Shown here in pieces: positions 17,828-25,954 of a DNA stretch of 64,000 nucleotides. The stretch is taken from the NCBI GenBank assembly GCA_964507335.1, contig CAZDPK010000003.1, positions 1,262 to 65,261 on the forward strand. Reading direction: 5' to 3'. The DNA is from an uncultured Anaerolineaceae bacterium. GTDB lineage: Bacteria > Chloroflexota > Anaerolineae > Anaerolineales > Anaerolineaceae. The first letter of the stretch is position 1. Each line of letters opens with the position of its first letter. The notes beneath the pieces are model-generated. The model was not told where the DNA came from. It was given only the letters and a program-made list of their open reading frames with translations, and ran no database searches. The position numbers were made by a program, and so were the translations under genes.

Positions 17828-20067
17828 ACGAAGTCGGAAAATCAACCACCCGTATTGACGCTCTGGCAAAAGTGAGCGGAAAAGCAAAGTATCCGGGCGA
17901 CTTCACTTTTGCAGATCAATTGACCATGAAAGTCTTGTTTTCAGAGCGGGCGCACGCACGAATTCTATCCATAGATAGTTCAGCAGCTGAAGCTTTGGAC
18001 GGTGTTGTCCTTGTGCTTACAGCCCGGGATGTTCCTGTTAACGAGTATGGTCTGATCATGAATGACCAGCCTGTACTTTGCGGACCAGGCTCGAGCAAAG
18101 AAGGGTCAGATGTCGTCCGTTTTCACGGAGACCAGGTCGCATTGGTGATTGCAGAGAGCCCCGAAATTGCCACGAAGGCACTTTCCCTGATCAAAGTTGA
18201 GTACCAGGAGCTTCCCATCGTAAAAACATTGGGAGAGGCACTCAAAGAGGGCGCAACTATTTTGCACCCCGCACGAACTTCGAATATCTTCCACCACAAC
18301 GTAGTCAGGTTAGGCAATGTAGAGGAGGCTTTCAAATCTTGTGATTTGATCATCGAGGGCGAGTATCAGACACCTATCCAGGAGCATGCTTATCTTCAGC
18401 CTGAAGCCGGAATAGCCTATCTCGATGAAGAAGAAAGGATTACTGTCGTGGTTGGCGGGCAATGGACCCACGAAGATCAGGAGCAGATTGCGCATTCACT
18501 TGCGCTGCCGCTTGAGAAGATCAGGGTCATTTATCCGGCAATAGGCGGTGCATTCGGCGGCAGAGAAGACATGTCCATCCAAATTATTCTAGGATTGGCT
18601 GTACTGCGATTGCATGAAAAAGGCATTGACCGACCAGTGAAAATTGTCTGGTCACGGGAAGAATCAATGTTGGGGCATGCCAAGCGTCATGCCTATACAA
18701 TGAAAGCCAAGTGGGGAGCTACGAATGATGGCAAGATCCTGGCTGCTCAGTGTGAGATCTGGGCGAATGGCGGGGCTTATGCTTATACCTCTACCAAGGT
18801 GCTGGGGAATGCCACGCTTTTGGCAAGTGGACCTTACGAGATTCCAAACATAGCGACTGATGCTTATGCAGTTTATACCAACGATATTCCTGGCGGAGCT
18901 TTCCGTGGTTTTGGTGGTCCACAGGCAGCTTTTATGGCTGAGATGCAGATGGATAAGCTGGCAGATGCCTTGAAGATGGACCCAGTTGAACTGCGGATGC
19001 GCAATCTTTTCAAAGAAGGCTCCATCATCTCTATGGGTTCGGTTATTCCCGAAGGAGTAACAATCCGCCAGGTGACCGAGCGCTGCGCACTGGAAGCAGG
19101 TTGGAAGAAGACAGAAACAGGGTGGCAAAGACCGCTTGTACCTGCATCAGACAATCCGGACATCAAGTCGGCCTGGAGTTTGGTCTGCGGATTTAAGAAT
19201 GTTGGCTTTTCCTACGGTGCCCCTGAAAACTGTGGGGCGACCATTGTGTTGGAAGGCGACCAGGAGATCGAAATTGCCAGGCTCTACCATGCTGGCGCAG
19301 AGGTGGGGCAGGGTTCTCACACGATTTTCGCTCAAATTGCTGCTGAGGCTTTGGGGCTTTCGTTGGCTAAGATTCAAACTTTTTACTCAGACACGGCTAC
19401 ATCTCTCAATGCCGGCAGTGTATCTGCATCACGCATGACACATATGGGTGGCAATTCCATTATTGGAGCTGCGAAACTAGCTTTGGAGAAATGGGCTGAA
19501 GGCAATCGACCAGCGATTGGTTCACATGTTTATCGACCGCCGAAGACGACCCCGATGGATCAGGTGGATGGGCATTGTTACCCGAACTTTACCTATGGTT
19601 ACGTTGCCCAGGCTTTCCTGGTTGATGTCGATACTCGCAGCGGGAATGTTCAGCTCCGAGAGGTGATCAGCGTGGATGACGTAGGTAAGGCGATCAACCC
19701 GCAATTGGTGGAAGGACAAATAGAAGGCGCTGTTGTTCAGGCTGCTGGTTATTCTCTTATGGAGAATTGGAAAAAGAAAGATACCAAAGCCTTGACGGAT
19801 CGCCTTTCAAGATATCTCATTCCAACGGTGAAAGACATTCCTTTAAAAACGCGGAGTGTGATAATGGAGTTAGCAGATCCCATCGGTCCTTATGGTGCCA
19901 GAGGTGTGGGCGAGATGCCCTATCTGCCTTTTGCAGCTGGTGTGCTGGAGGCTGTCTACCAGGCTATAGGCGTGCGGTTCGATCGTTTCCCGCTCACCGA
20001 TGAGACCGTTTTGCGTGGTTTAGGAAAATTGCCTGCGCAAGATGTCGGTTTCTGGGATTACGAGTAA
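17824..20067 (+). CDS. Molybdopterin-binding large subunit of a xanthine dehydrogenase/aldehyde oxidase family enzyme
   Basis: 747 aa with IGGAFGGRED, GGAFRGFGGPQAAF and ARGVGEMPYLP (catalytic Glu motif). ATGA overlap with the upstream subunit. Confidence 0.9.
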   Translation: MNEVGKSTTRIDALAKVSGKAKYPGDFTFADQLTMKVLFSERAHARILSIDSSAAEALDGVVLVLTARDVPVNEYGLIMNDQPVLCGPGSSKEGSDVVRFHGDQVALVIAESPEIATKALSLIKVEYQELPIVKTLGEALKEGATILHPARTSNIFHHNVVRLGNVEEAFKSCDLIIEGEYQTPIQEHAYLQPEAGIAYLDEEERITVVVGGQWTHEDQEQIAHSLALPLEKIRVIYPAIGGAFGGREDMSIQIILGLAVLRLHEKGIDRPVKIVWSREESMLGHAKRHAYTMKAKWGATNDGKILAAQCEIWANGGAYAYTSTKVLGNATLLASGPYEIPNIATDAYAVYTNDIPGGAFRGFGGPQAAFMAEMQMDKLADALKMDPVELRMRNLFKEGSIISMGSVIPEGVTIRQVTERCALEAGWKKTETGWQRPLVPASDNPDIKSAWSLVCGFKNVGFSYGAPENCGATIVLEGDQEIEIARLYHAGAEVGQGSHTIFAQIAAEALGLSLAKIQTFYSDTATSLNAGSVSASRMTHMGGNSIIGAAKLALEKWAEGNRPAIGSHVYRPPKTTPMDQVDGHCYPNFTYGYVAQAFLVDVDTRSGNVQLREVISVDDVGKAINPQLVEGQIEGAVVQAAGYSLMENWKKKDTKALTDRLSRYLIPTVKDIPLKTRSVIMELADPIGPYGARGVGEMPYLPFAAGVLEAVYQAIGVRFDRFPLTDETVLRGLGKLPAQDVGFWDYE

Positions 20068-20665
20068 GGAATTGAAAGAACATCAAGTCGCCGGGGTTAT
20101 CCTGGCTGCAGGTCAGGCGAGCCGTTTTGGCAAAATCAAACAGCTCTTGCCATGGCGAGACAAGAATTTGATCAATACCGTTGTTGAAACTGCCTTGTTG
20201 GCGGGTCTTAACCCAATCATAGTTGTCTTGGGTGCTGATGCCGAGGAAATTCGAGCGACTATCAATGAAGATATTGTTCAAGTGATCATCAATCCGGATT
20301 GGGACAAAGGGCAAAGCACCTCTCTTAGGGCTGGCATTTCTGTAATGCCACAATCTGTTGATGGGATCGTCTTTTTGCTCTGTGACCAGCCTCATCAATC
20401 CGTGAATTTGGTAAGTGCTGTTGTTGAAAAAGGCTTGAGAAGTGGAAAAGTAGTTACACCGATCATTGATGACCGGCGGGCAAATCCGGTTTACTTTCCA
20501 GCCTTTTGTATTCCTTTGTTCGAGAAACTGGAAGGGGATGCTGGCGGAAGGCAGATTATTTCGGATTGTCCGAATACCACGATGCTCTGGTTGGATGCCT
20601 GGATGGCGAAGGATATCGATACACCGGAGGATTACCGAGAACTTCGCGAGCATTTTGGATTGTGA
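20042..20665 (+). CDS. mocA: MobA-like nucleotidyltransferase, probably molybdenum cofactor cytidylyltransferase (MocA/YgfJ type)
   Basis: GVILAAGQASRFGKIKQLLPW...IVVLGA...DKGQSTSLRAG...LCDQP. The start is uncertain; ATG 20042 overlaps the upstream gene by 26 nt. Confidence 0.8.
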   Translation: MSVSGITSKELKEHQVAGVILAAGQASRFGKIKQLLPWRDKNLINTVVETALLAGLNPIIVVLGADAEEIRATINEDIVQVIINPDWDKGQSTSLRAGISVMPQSVDGIVFLLCDQPHQSVNLVSAVVEKGLRSGKVVTPIIDDRRANPVYFPAFCIPLFEKLEGDAGGRQIISDCPNTTMLWLDAWMAKDIDTPEDYRELREHFGL

Positions 20666-20835
20666 GTAGGTCAACCTGATCTTTTCACTCAGAATGAGCT
20701 TAAGAATTTTCTTGAATTGGTTGCTTTGATTCTTCGTGATGCAAGCTCAGGATGACAGATCGAAAAACACTGTACCACCGAAGGTAGGTACGCAAATTGC
20801 ACGCTAAAGTATAATAGAACCAACTTGGAAAACTA

Positions 20836-20975
20836 AGCGCCTGACCTGCCAACGCAGGTGACGAGGTGGGAGGTTTCTTCCTGCGAGGGAAGACTAACCA
20901 TGGCAACATGGAAAAATCGATAGATCGGCGGATGCCTCCAGGGTAATACCCTTTTTCCATGATACAAAAGGAAAA
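20836..20975 (+). promoter_or_regulatory. glmS ribozyme (GlcN6P-dependent self-cleaving riboswitch) in the glmS 5' UTR
   Basis: A/GCGCCUGACCUGCCAACGCAGGUGACGAGGUGGGAGG ... AUCGAUAGAUCGGCGGAUGCCUCC matches the conserved glmS core strings (AGCGCC, GACGAGG.GGAGG, UCGGCGGAUGCCUCC). Predicted cleavage is between A20836 and G20837. It lies 15 nt or more upstream of the glmS ATG. Confidence 0.88.
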
Positions 20976-20989
20976 TTTGAGGAGCACTT

Positions 20990-22831
20990 ATGTGTGGAAT
21001 TGTTGCTTACATTGGCGGGCAGGATGCCACGCCAATAGTCGTTGAGGGTTTGCGTAAGCTTGAATACCGCGGCTATGACTCTGCCGGCATTGCGATTCTT
21101 GAGGATGGAAAAATTGAGATCCGAAGGGTGGCAGGCAAGGTCGAGTATTTGGAAAAACTGGTTAAAAAAAGTCCGGTCCAGGGATCCACTGGTATTGGTC
21201 ACACCCGTTGGGCTACGCATGGCGCGCCCAGTGAGCTTAACGCTCATCCTCACCTTGGTATGGCAGGCAGGATTGTCATCGTCCATAACGGGATTGTTGA
21301 GAATTACCTCTCGTTAAAAGAAGAATTGATAGCTGAAGGGGTGGACTTCAAGTCTGAAACGGATACCGAAACCATTGCCCACCTGATAGAAATTTTTTAC
21401 AACGACACCGGAGATCTTGCCAGCGCTGTCCAAAAAACGCTCAAAATGATCAAAGGCGCCCATGGTCTGGTTGTTATGTCAACTGTTGAGCCCGAAAAGT
21501 TGATCACTGCCCGATTGGGCAATGCCGGTGGTGTGGCTATCGGCGTTGGCGATAATGAGATGTATATTGCCAGCGATATTCCCGCTATCATGAGTCACAC
21601 CCGCAAGATCGTCTTCCTGGAATCCGGACAGTTTGCGATTGTCAGACGTGATGGCTTTGCTATCCAGGACCTGGAGGGAAACCCAGTTAAGGCTGAGATT
21701 CAGAACATCCCCTGGGATCCGATTGCTGCAGAAAAGGGAAAATACCGACATTTCATGCAGAAAGAAATCCATGAACAGGTCCGATCCCTGTCTGATACGC
21801 TTAGCGGCAGAGTTGATTATGAAAATTACCGAATCGTGCTTCCAAGTCTGAATTTGACAGAAGAAAAAGCCATGAAGATCAAAAAGATTTTCATTACCGC
21901 TTGTGGCACAGCTGCGTACGCAGGGATGGTTGGAAAGTACCTGATTGAGCACATTGCCCGTATTCCGGTCGAGTTGATGGTTGCCTCCGAATTTCGCTAT
22001 TGTGACCCCATTTTGGAATCTGGAACGGTTGTTTTGGCAATATCTCAGTCAGGTGAGACAGCTGACACATTGGCGGCAATGGAGGAAGCACACAAAAAAG
22101 GGGCAGAATTATGGTCGATTGTTAATGCCATTGGATCTCAGGCTATGCGCGTAGCCGATGGATGTATCTCCATGCAGGTAGGACCTGAGATTGGTGTAGC
22201 TTCGACCAAAGCGTTTACCGCCCCAATCCTCGATCTATACATGATCGCTGTTTACCTGGCAGATCTGCGCGGTACGATTGACCAGCAAAGACGACTGGAG
22301 CTGGTCAAAGATTTATTGACAGTTCCGTCGCTGGTCGAATTGGCACTGGATCAAGAAAAGAAGATTAAGGAGATAGCTAACCGTTACAAAGATATCAAAG
22401 GAGCATTGTACATTGGGCGGGGAGTGAACATGCCGATTGCCTATGAAGGCGCTTTGAAGTTGAAAGAGATTTCCTATATTCATGCTGAAGGTTACCCAGC
22501 TGGTGAAATGAAACACGGACCCATTGCCCTGGTGGATGAAAACCTTCCGGTCATCGTCATTGCAACTCAGGATCCTTGGTATGACAAAATGATCAGTCAG
22601 ATTGAACAGGCAAAAGCACGCAGTGGCAAGGTTTTGGCGGTGGCAACCGAAGGTGACGAGCTGATTCCAACGATTGCCGATGATATCTTCTGGATTCCCA
22701 AGTCTCCCTGGCTTTTGAGCCCGGCTGTGACGATTATCCCGCTTCAACTGTTCGCTTATCATATCGCGGCTATTCACGGACTGGATGTGGACCAGCCAAG
22801 AAACCTGGCGAAGTCAGTCACGGTGGAGTAA
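20990..22831 (+). CDS. glmS: Glutamine--fructose-6-phosphate aminotransferase
   Basis: The MCGIVAYIGG N-terminal nucleophile, two SIS domains, and the C-terminal NLAKSVTVE. Confidence 0.97.
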   Translation: MCGIVAYIGGQDATPIVVEGLRKLEYRGYDSAGIAILEDGKIEIRRVAGKVEYLEKLVKKSPVQGSTGIGHTRWATHGAPSELNAHPHLGMAGRIVIVHNGIVENYLSLKEELIAEGVDFKSETDTETIAHLIEIFYNDTGDLASAVQKTLKMIKGAHGLVVMSTVEPEKLITARLGNAGGVAIGVGDNEMYIASDIPAIMSHTRKIVFLESGQFAIVRRDGFAIQDLEGNPVKAEIQNIPWDPIAAEKGKYRHFMQKEIHEQVRSLSDTLSGRVDYENYRIVLPSLNLTEEKAMKIKKIFITACGTAAYAGMVGKYLIEHIARIPVELMVASEFRYCDPILESGTVVLAISQSGETADTLAAMEEAHKKGAELWSIVNAIGSQAMRVADGCISMQVGPEIGVASTKAFTAPILDLYMIAVYLADLRGTIDQQRRLELVKDLLTVPSLVELALDQEKKIKEIANRYKDIKGALYIGRGVNMPIAYEGALKLKEISYIHAEGYPAGEMKHGPIALVDENLPVIVIATQDPWYDKMISQIEQAKARSGKVLAVATEGDELIPTIADDIFWIPKSPWLLSPAVTIIPLQLFAYHIAAIHGLDVDQPRNLAKSVTVE

Positions 22832-23023
22832 ATTTTTTATTCTGAACGTTGCTTATCTGTCGATTTGACCGGAGTGAAGTATCTTGCCTCCAATATGTTG
22901 AGATGCTTCACTTCAATTAGCGTGGCAAAAAATTTATATTGCATACATTAACAGGCTTCTAACTTGAAAAATGACGGCTCTCACCGTAGAATAAACCCCA
23001 ACAAATACAAGCAGGAGAAAACA

Positions 23024-24076
23024 TTGATAACTAAAGAACAAGTACTGAACGCCCTGAGCCATGTTATGGATCCGGATTTACACCGTGACCTGGTGAGCTT
23101 AAACATGATAAAGGATATCAATATTCAAGATGAGAAAGTCAGTTTCTCCATTGAATTAACCACACCCAGTTGTCCCTTAAAGTCAAAAATTGAAGCAGAC
23201 GCACGTAGAGCAGTTCTGACCATGACTGATGCAAAAGAAGTTGACATCAACATGACTTCAAAAGTGAGCCAATCTAAAACTTTGGATCTTTCCGGCAATT
23301 GTTTCAAGCATGTCATCGCCGTTGGTTCTGGCAAAGGCGGCGTCGGAAAAAGCACGGTTTCGTTAAACATTGCATTAGCTCTTGTCAGAGATGGTGCCAA
23401 GGTAGGCTTGCTCGATGCAGATATTTATGGACCCAATATCCCACGAATGCTTGGACTCGACAGGCTTCCAGAGTCAAATGATGGGAAAAAGGTCAAGCCG
23501 GCGGAAGTCTTCGGACTTAAGGTCGTTTCAATCGGTTTCCTTGTACAGTCTGGTCAACCACTAATTTGGCGGGGACCAATGCTCCATTCAGCTATCCAGC
23601 AATTCATCACCGATTTTGACTGGGGAGATCTTGACTACCTGGTGGTCGATCTGCCGCCAGGAACAGGCGATGTTCAGTTATCTTTGACTCAATCGATGCC
23701 CATTAGTGGCGCTGTGATCGTGACCACTCCGCAACAAGTTGCGGTTGATGACGCCTGGCGGGCAGTCAACATGTTTGAAAAGTTGGAGACGCCCCTGTTC
23801 GGAATTGTGGAAAACATGGCTTTTCTCGAAATGCCCGATGGCAGCCATCAGTACATTTTTGGTGAAAAAGGTGGAGAGCATTTGGCAAACCAGGTTGGTG
23901 CACGCTTTTTGGGCAGAATCCAGCTTGATCCGAAAATTGGGATTGGTGGAGATATCGGCAGCCCGATAGTGATGCAGGAACCGCTTAGTCCAGCTGGAGA
24001 AGCATTGGTCTCGATCGCCCGAAACATTGCAGCGGAGGCGAGCAAAGAGGCTTACCGGAAGAATCAAGCAGGATGA
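23024..24076 (+). CDS. Mrp/NBP35/ApbC-family Fe-S cluster carrier ATPase
   Basis: DUF59-like N-terminus (ITKEQVLNALSHVMDPDL) and the deviant Walker A GSGKGGVGKST. I prefer the TTG at 23024 (AGGAG 6 nt upstream) to the ORF-track TTG at 22964. Confidence 0.88.
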   Translation: MITKEQVLNALSHVMDPDLHRDLVSLNMIKDINIQDEKVSFSIELTTPSCPLKSKIEADARRAVLTMTDAKEVDINMTSKVSQSKTLDLSGNCFKHVIAVGSGKGGVGKSTVSLNIALALVRDGAKVGLLDADIYGPNIPRMLGLDRLPESNDGKKVKPAEVFGLKVVSIGFLVQSGQPLIWRGPMLHSAIQQFITDFDWGDLDYLVVDLPPGTGDVQLSLTQSMPISGAVIVTTPQQVAVDDAWRAVNMFEKLETPLFGIVENMAFLEMPDGSHQYIFGEKGGEHLANQVGARFLGRIQLDPKIGIGGDIGSPIVMQEPLSPAGEALVSIARNIAAEASKEAYRKNQAG

Positions 24077-24090
24077 TATAATAATTGATT

Positions 24091-25245
24091 ATGTCTGAAC
24101 AAAAACTCATTGGAGTGCAATTTAAGCCTGTGGGAAAGTCTTACCATTTCCTCTTACCAGAGGAGATAGACATCCAACCAGGCGAATATGTCATTGTGAA
24201 CACTGCACGTGGTAAACAGATCGGAAAAGTTACAAGCTCAGAGATCAAAACCCCAGAACACGATCAGGATGTTCAAATTGTCGAACGCAAGGCAACCCCA
24301 CGAGACCTGATTCTCAGGGACATGATCAAAGAAAAAGAAACTGAAGCCGTAGAGAAGACACGTGAGTTCCTGAGAAAGCCGGAATATGATGGCGTCAAAG
24401 CACTGGATGCTGAATACTCTTTTGATTCTACGCGATTAACGCTCTTTCTTACCTATGAAGACGTCCCGAATTTTAATATGCGCACCTTCATCCGCGAAGC
24501 TGCACCGATGTTTCCGGATACCAGACTGGAGATCCGCCAGGTGGGTCCCAGGGATATGGCAAAAGAGGTCTCTGGTTTAGGCGCCTGTGGTATCGAAAAA
24601 CGCTGCTGCTCACGTTTCCTGACTGAGTTCAGTTCGATTTCGATTCGAATGGCAAAATCTCAAAACGTTTCCTTGACCCCGTCCGAAATTACAGGAATTT
24701 GCGGTCGTCTACGTTGCTGCCTGGCCTACGAACATGATGTTTACGAGGAAGCACGCAAACTTCTTCCAAAGGTAAAGAAGACCATTCAAACACCTTTGGG
24801 TGAGGGTAAGGTTAATCAGGTTCTGCCGATGAGCGATTCTGTACTTGTTTATATCCCTGATGTGGGTGTTCGAGAAATCACGCGAGCTGAGCTGGAATCG
24901 GGCAAAATGGAAGAGAAGAAGCCGGTCTCTCGAACAAGTGAGTCTGAAGGCTCGTCTTTTAGTGATGATATTGAAATGGTGCGTTTTGACAACATCGGTC
25001 GCTCACCAAGAAGTGAAGAGCGAAATTCAGGATTCAAAAGAGACAAGTCGAGAACAGCCAAAGAACGATCTCCTCAAGTCCAAACCAAAGATCAATCAAC
25101 GGTTACAGCTGACAACGAAAATGCAAATCCCGAATCTCAAAAGAACAAAAGCTCAAATCGCTCAAATTCACGGCGCAACCGAAGAGGACCAAGAAACAAC
25201 AAAAGAGTGAAAGAACATGGTAATACAAACAATCCATCCAGTTAA
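24091..25245 (+). CDS. PSP1-domain protein (RicT/YaaT-like) with a long Ser/Arg/Lys/Asn-rich C-terminal tail
   Basis: GVQFKPVGKSYHF...GACGIEKRCCSRFL...CGRLRCCLAYE is the PSP1/RicT cysteine pattern. The last 110 aa or so are low complexity. Confidence 0.8.
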   Translation: MSEQKLIGVQFKPVGKSYHFLLPEEIDIQPGEYVIVNTARGKQIGKVTSSEIKTPEHDQDVQIVERKATPRDLILRDMIKEKETEAVEKTREFLRKPEYDGVKALDAEYSFDSTRLTLFLTYEDVPNFNMRTFIREAAPMFPDTRLEIRQVGPRDMAKEVSGLGACGIEKRCCSRFLTEFSSISIRMAKSQNVSLTPSEITGICGRLRCCLAYEHDVYEEARKLLPKVKKTIQTPLGEGKVNQVLPMSDSVLVYIPDVGVREITRAELESGKMEEKKPVSRTSESEGSSFSDDIEMVRFDNIGRSPRSEERNSGFKRDKSRTAKERSPQVQTKDQSTVTADNENANPESQKNKSSNRSNSRRNRRGPRNNKRVKEHGNTNNPSS

Positions 25246-25267
25246 ATTTGTTGACTGGGCCGAGACC

Positions 25268-25954
25268 ATGAATATCCTGGTCGTCCTTGCTCATCCGGAT
25301 GACCCGGAATTTTTTATGGGCGGAACGATTGCCATGTGGAGCAAGCTGGGACATAAAATCAGTTATCTGCTGCTAACAAAAGGCGAGAGGGGTGTGAGCG
25401 AGCAATATCCTGAAGGTGAACAACTTAAAGCTGTACGCAAAATTGAGCAGCGTAATGCAGCGCACGTTTTAGGGGTGGATGTGGTTGATTTCCTCGAGCA
25501 TCCCGACGGAATGCTGGAAGTCAACCTTCAGAATCGCCGCCAGCTGGTAGCTGAAATTCGCAAGAGACAGCCTGACATCGTGGTGAGCAGCGACCCACAG
25601 ACCTTTTTTCACACTCATTACATCAACCATCCTGATCATCGAGCTGCGGGTTTATTGACCATGGAAGCTGTGTTCCCGGCAGCAGGTAACCCCGGCTTTT
25701 TCCCTGAACAAATTGAACAAGGTCTGAAACCCACTCAAATCAGGGAATTATGGATGAGTCTTACGGTGGATCCAAATCTTACACTGGATGTTTCAGAGTA
25801 CTGGCAAATACGTCTGGAAGCACTTAAAAAACACGTTTCTCAAATTGGCGATCCGGAATCTTTCGTTCAAAAATGGAATCAACGGCGCCAAGAAGCAACC
25901 GAGAGCGATAGCGACTATTATGAACATTTCAGACGTGTTATCTTGAGAGTCTGA
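25268..25954 (+). CDS. PIG-L/LmbE-family N-acetylglucosaminyl deacetylase
   Basis: MNILVVLAHPDDPEFFMGGTIA, plus HPDH and DHR motifs. Start taken at ATG 25268. Confidence 0.82.
   Translation: MNILVVLAHPDDPEFFMGGTIAMWSKLGHKISYLLLTKGERGVSEQYPEGEQLKAVRKIEQRNAAHVLGVDVVDFLEHPDGMLEVNLQNRRQLVAEIRKRQPDIVVSSDPQTFFHTHYINHPDHRAAGLLTMEAVFPAAGNPGFFPEQIEQGLKPTQIRELWMSLTVDPNLTLDVSEYWQIRLEALKKHVSQIGDPESFVQKWNQRRQEATESDSDYYEHFRRVILRV

Noticed and set aside
11334-20067. Tat export of the molybdenum hydroxylases, given tatCAB at 27133-28407.
   Set aside because: Neither Mo subunit nor the FeS or FAD subunits has an N-terminal twin-arginine signal (the N-termini read MNLTLFINQ..., MNEVGKSTT..., MWKNYHMPE...). 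The enzymes look cytoplasmic, and the tat genes are a separate unit 7 kb away.
20787-20815. Sigma-70-type promoter for glmS (TATAAT at 20810-20815).
   Set aside because: The -10 hexamer is perfect, but no acceptable -35 hexamer lies at 16-18-nt spacing and there is no TG extension. I left it unannotated pending TSS mapping.
22874-22911. 11-bp imperfect hairpin after glmS as a terminator.
   Set aside because: The loop is 16 nt and no U-tract follows, so it is not convincing as an intrinsic terminator.
22964-23023. ORF-track TTG start for the Mrp/ApbC gene.
   Set aside because: No RBS precedes it. The in-frame TTG at 23024 has AGGAG at optimal spacing, and the homologous N-termini I remember begin near ITKEQV.
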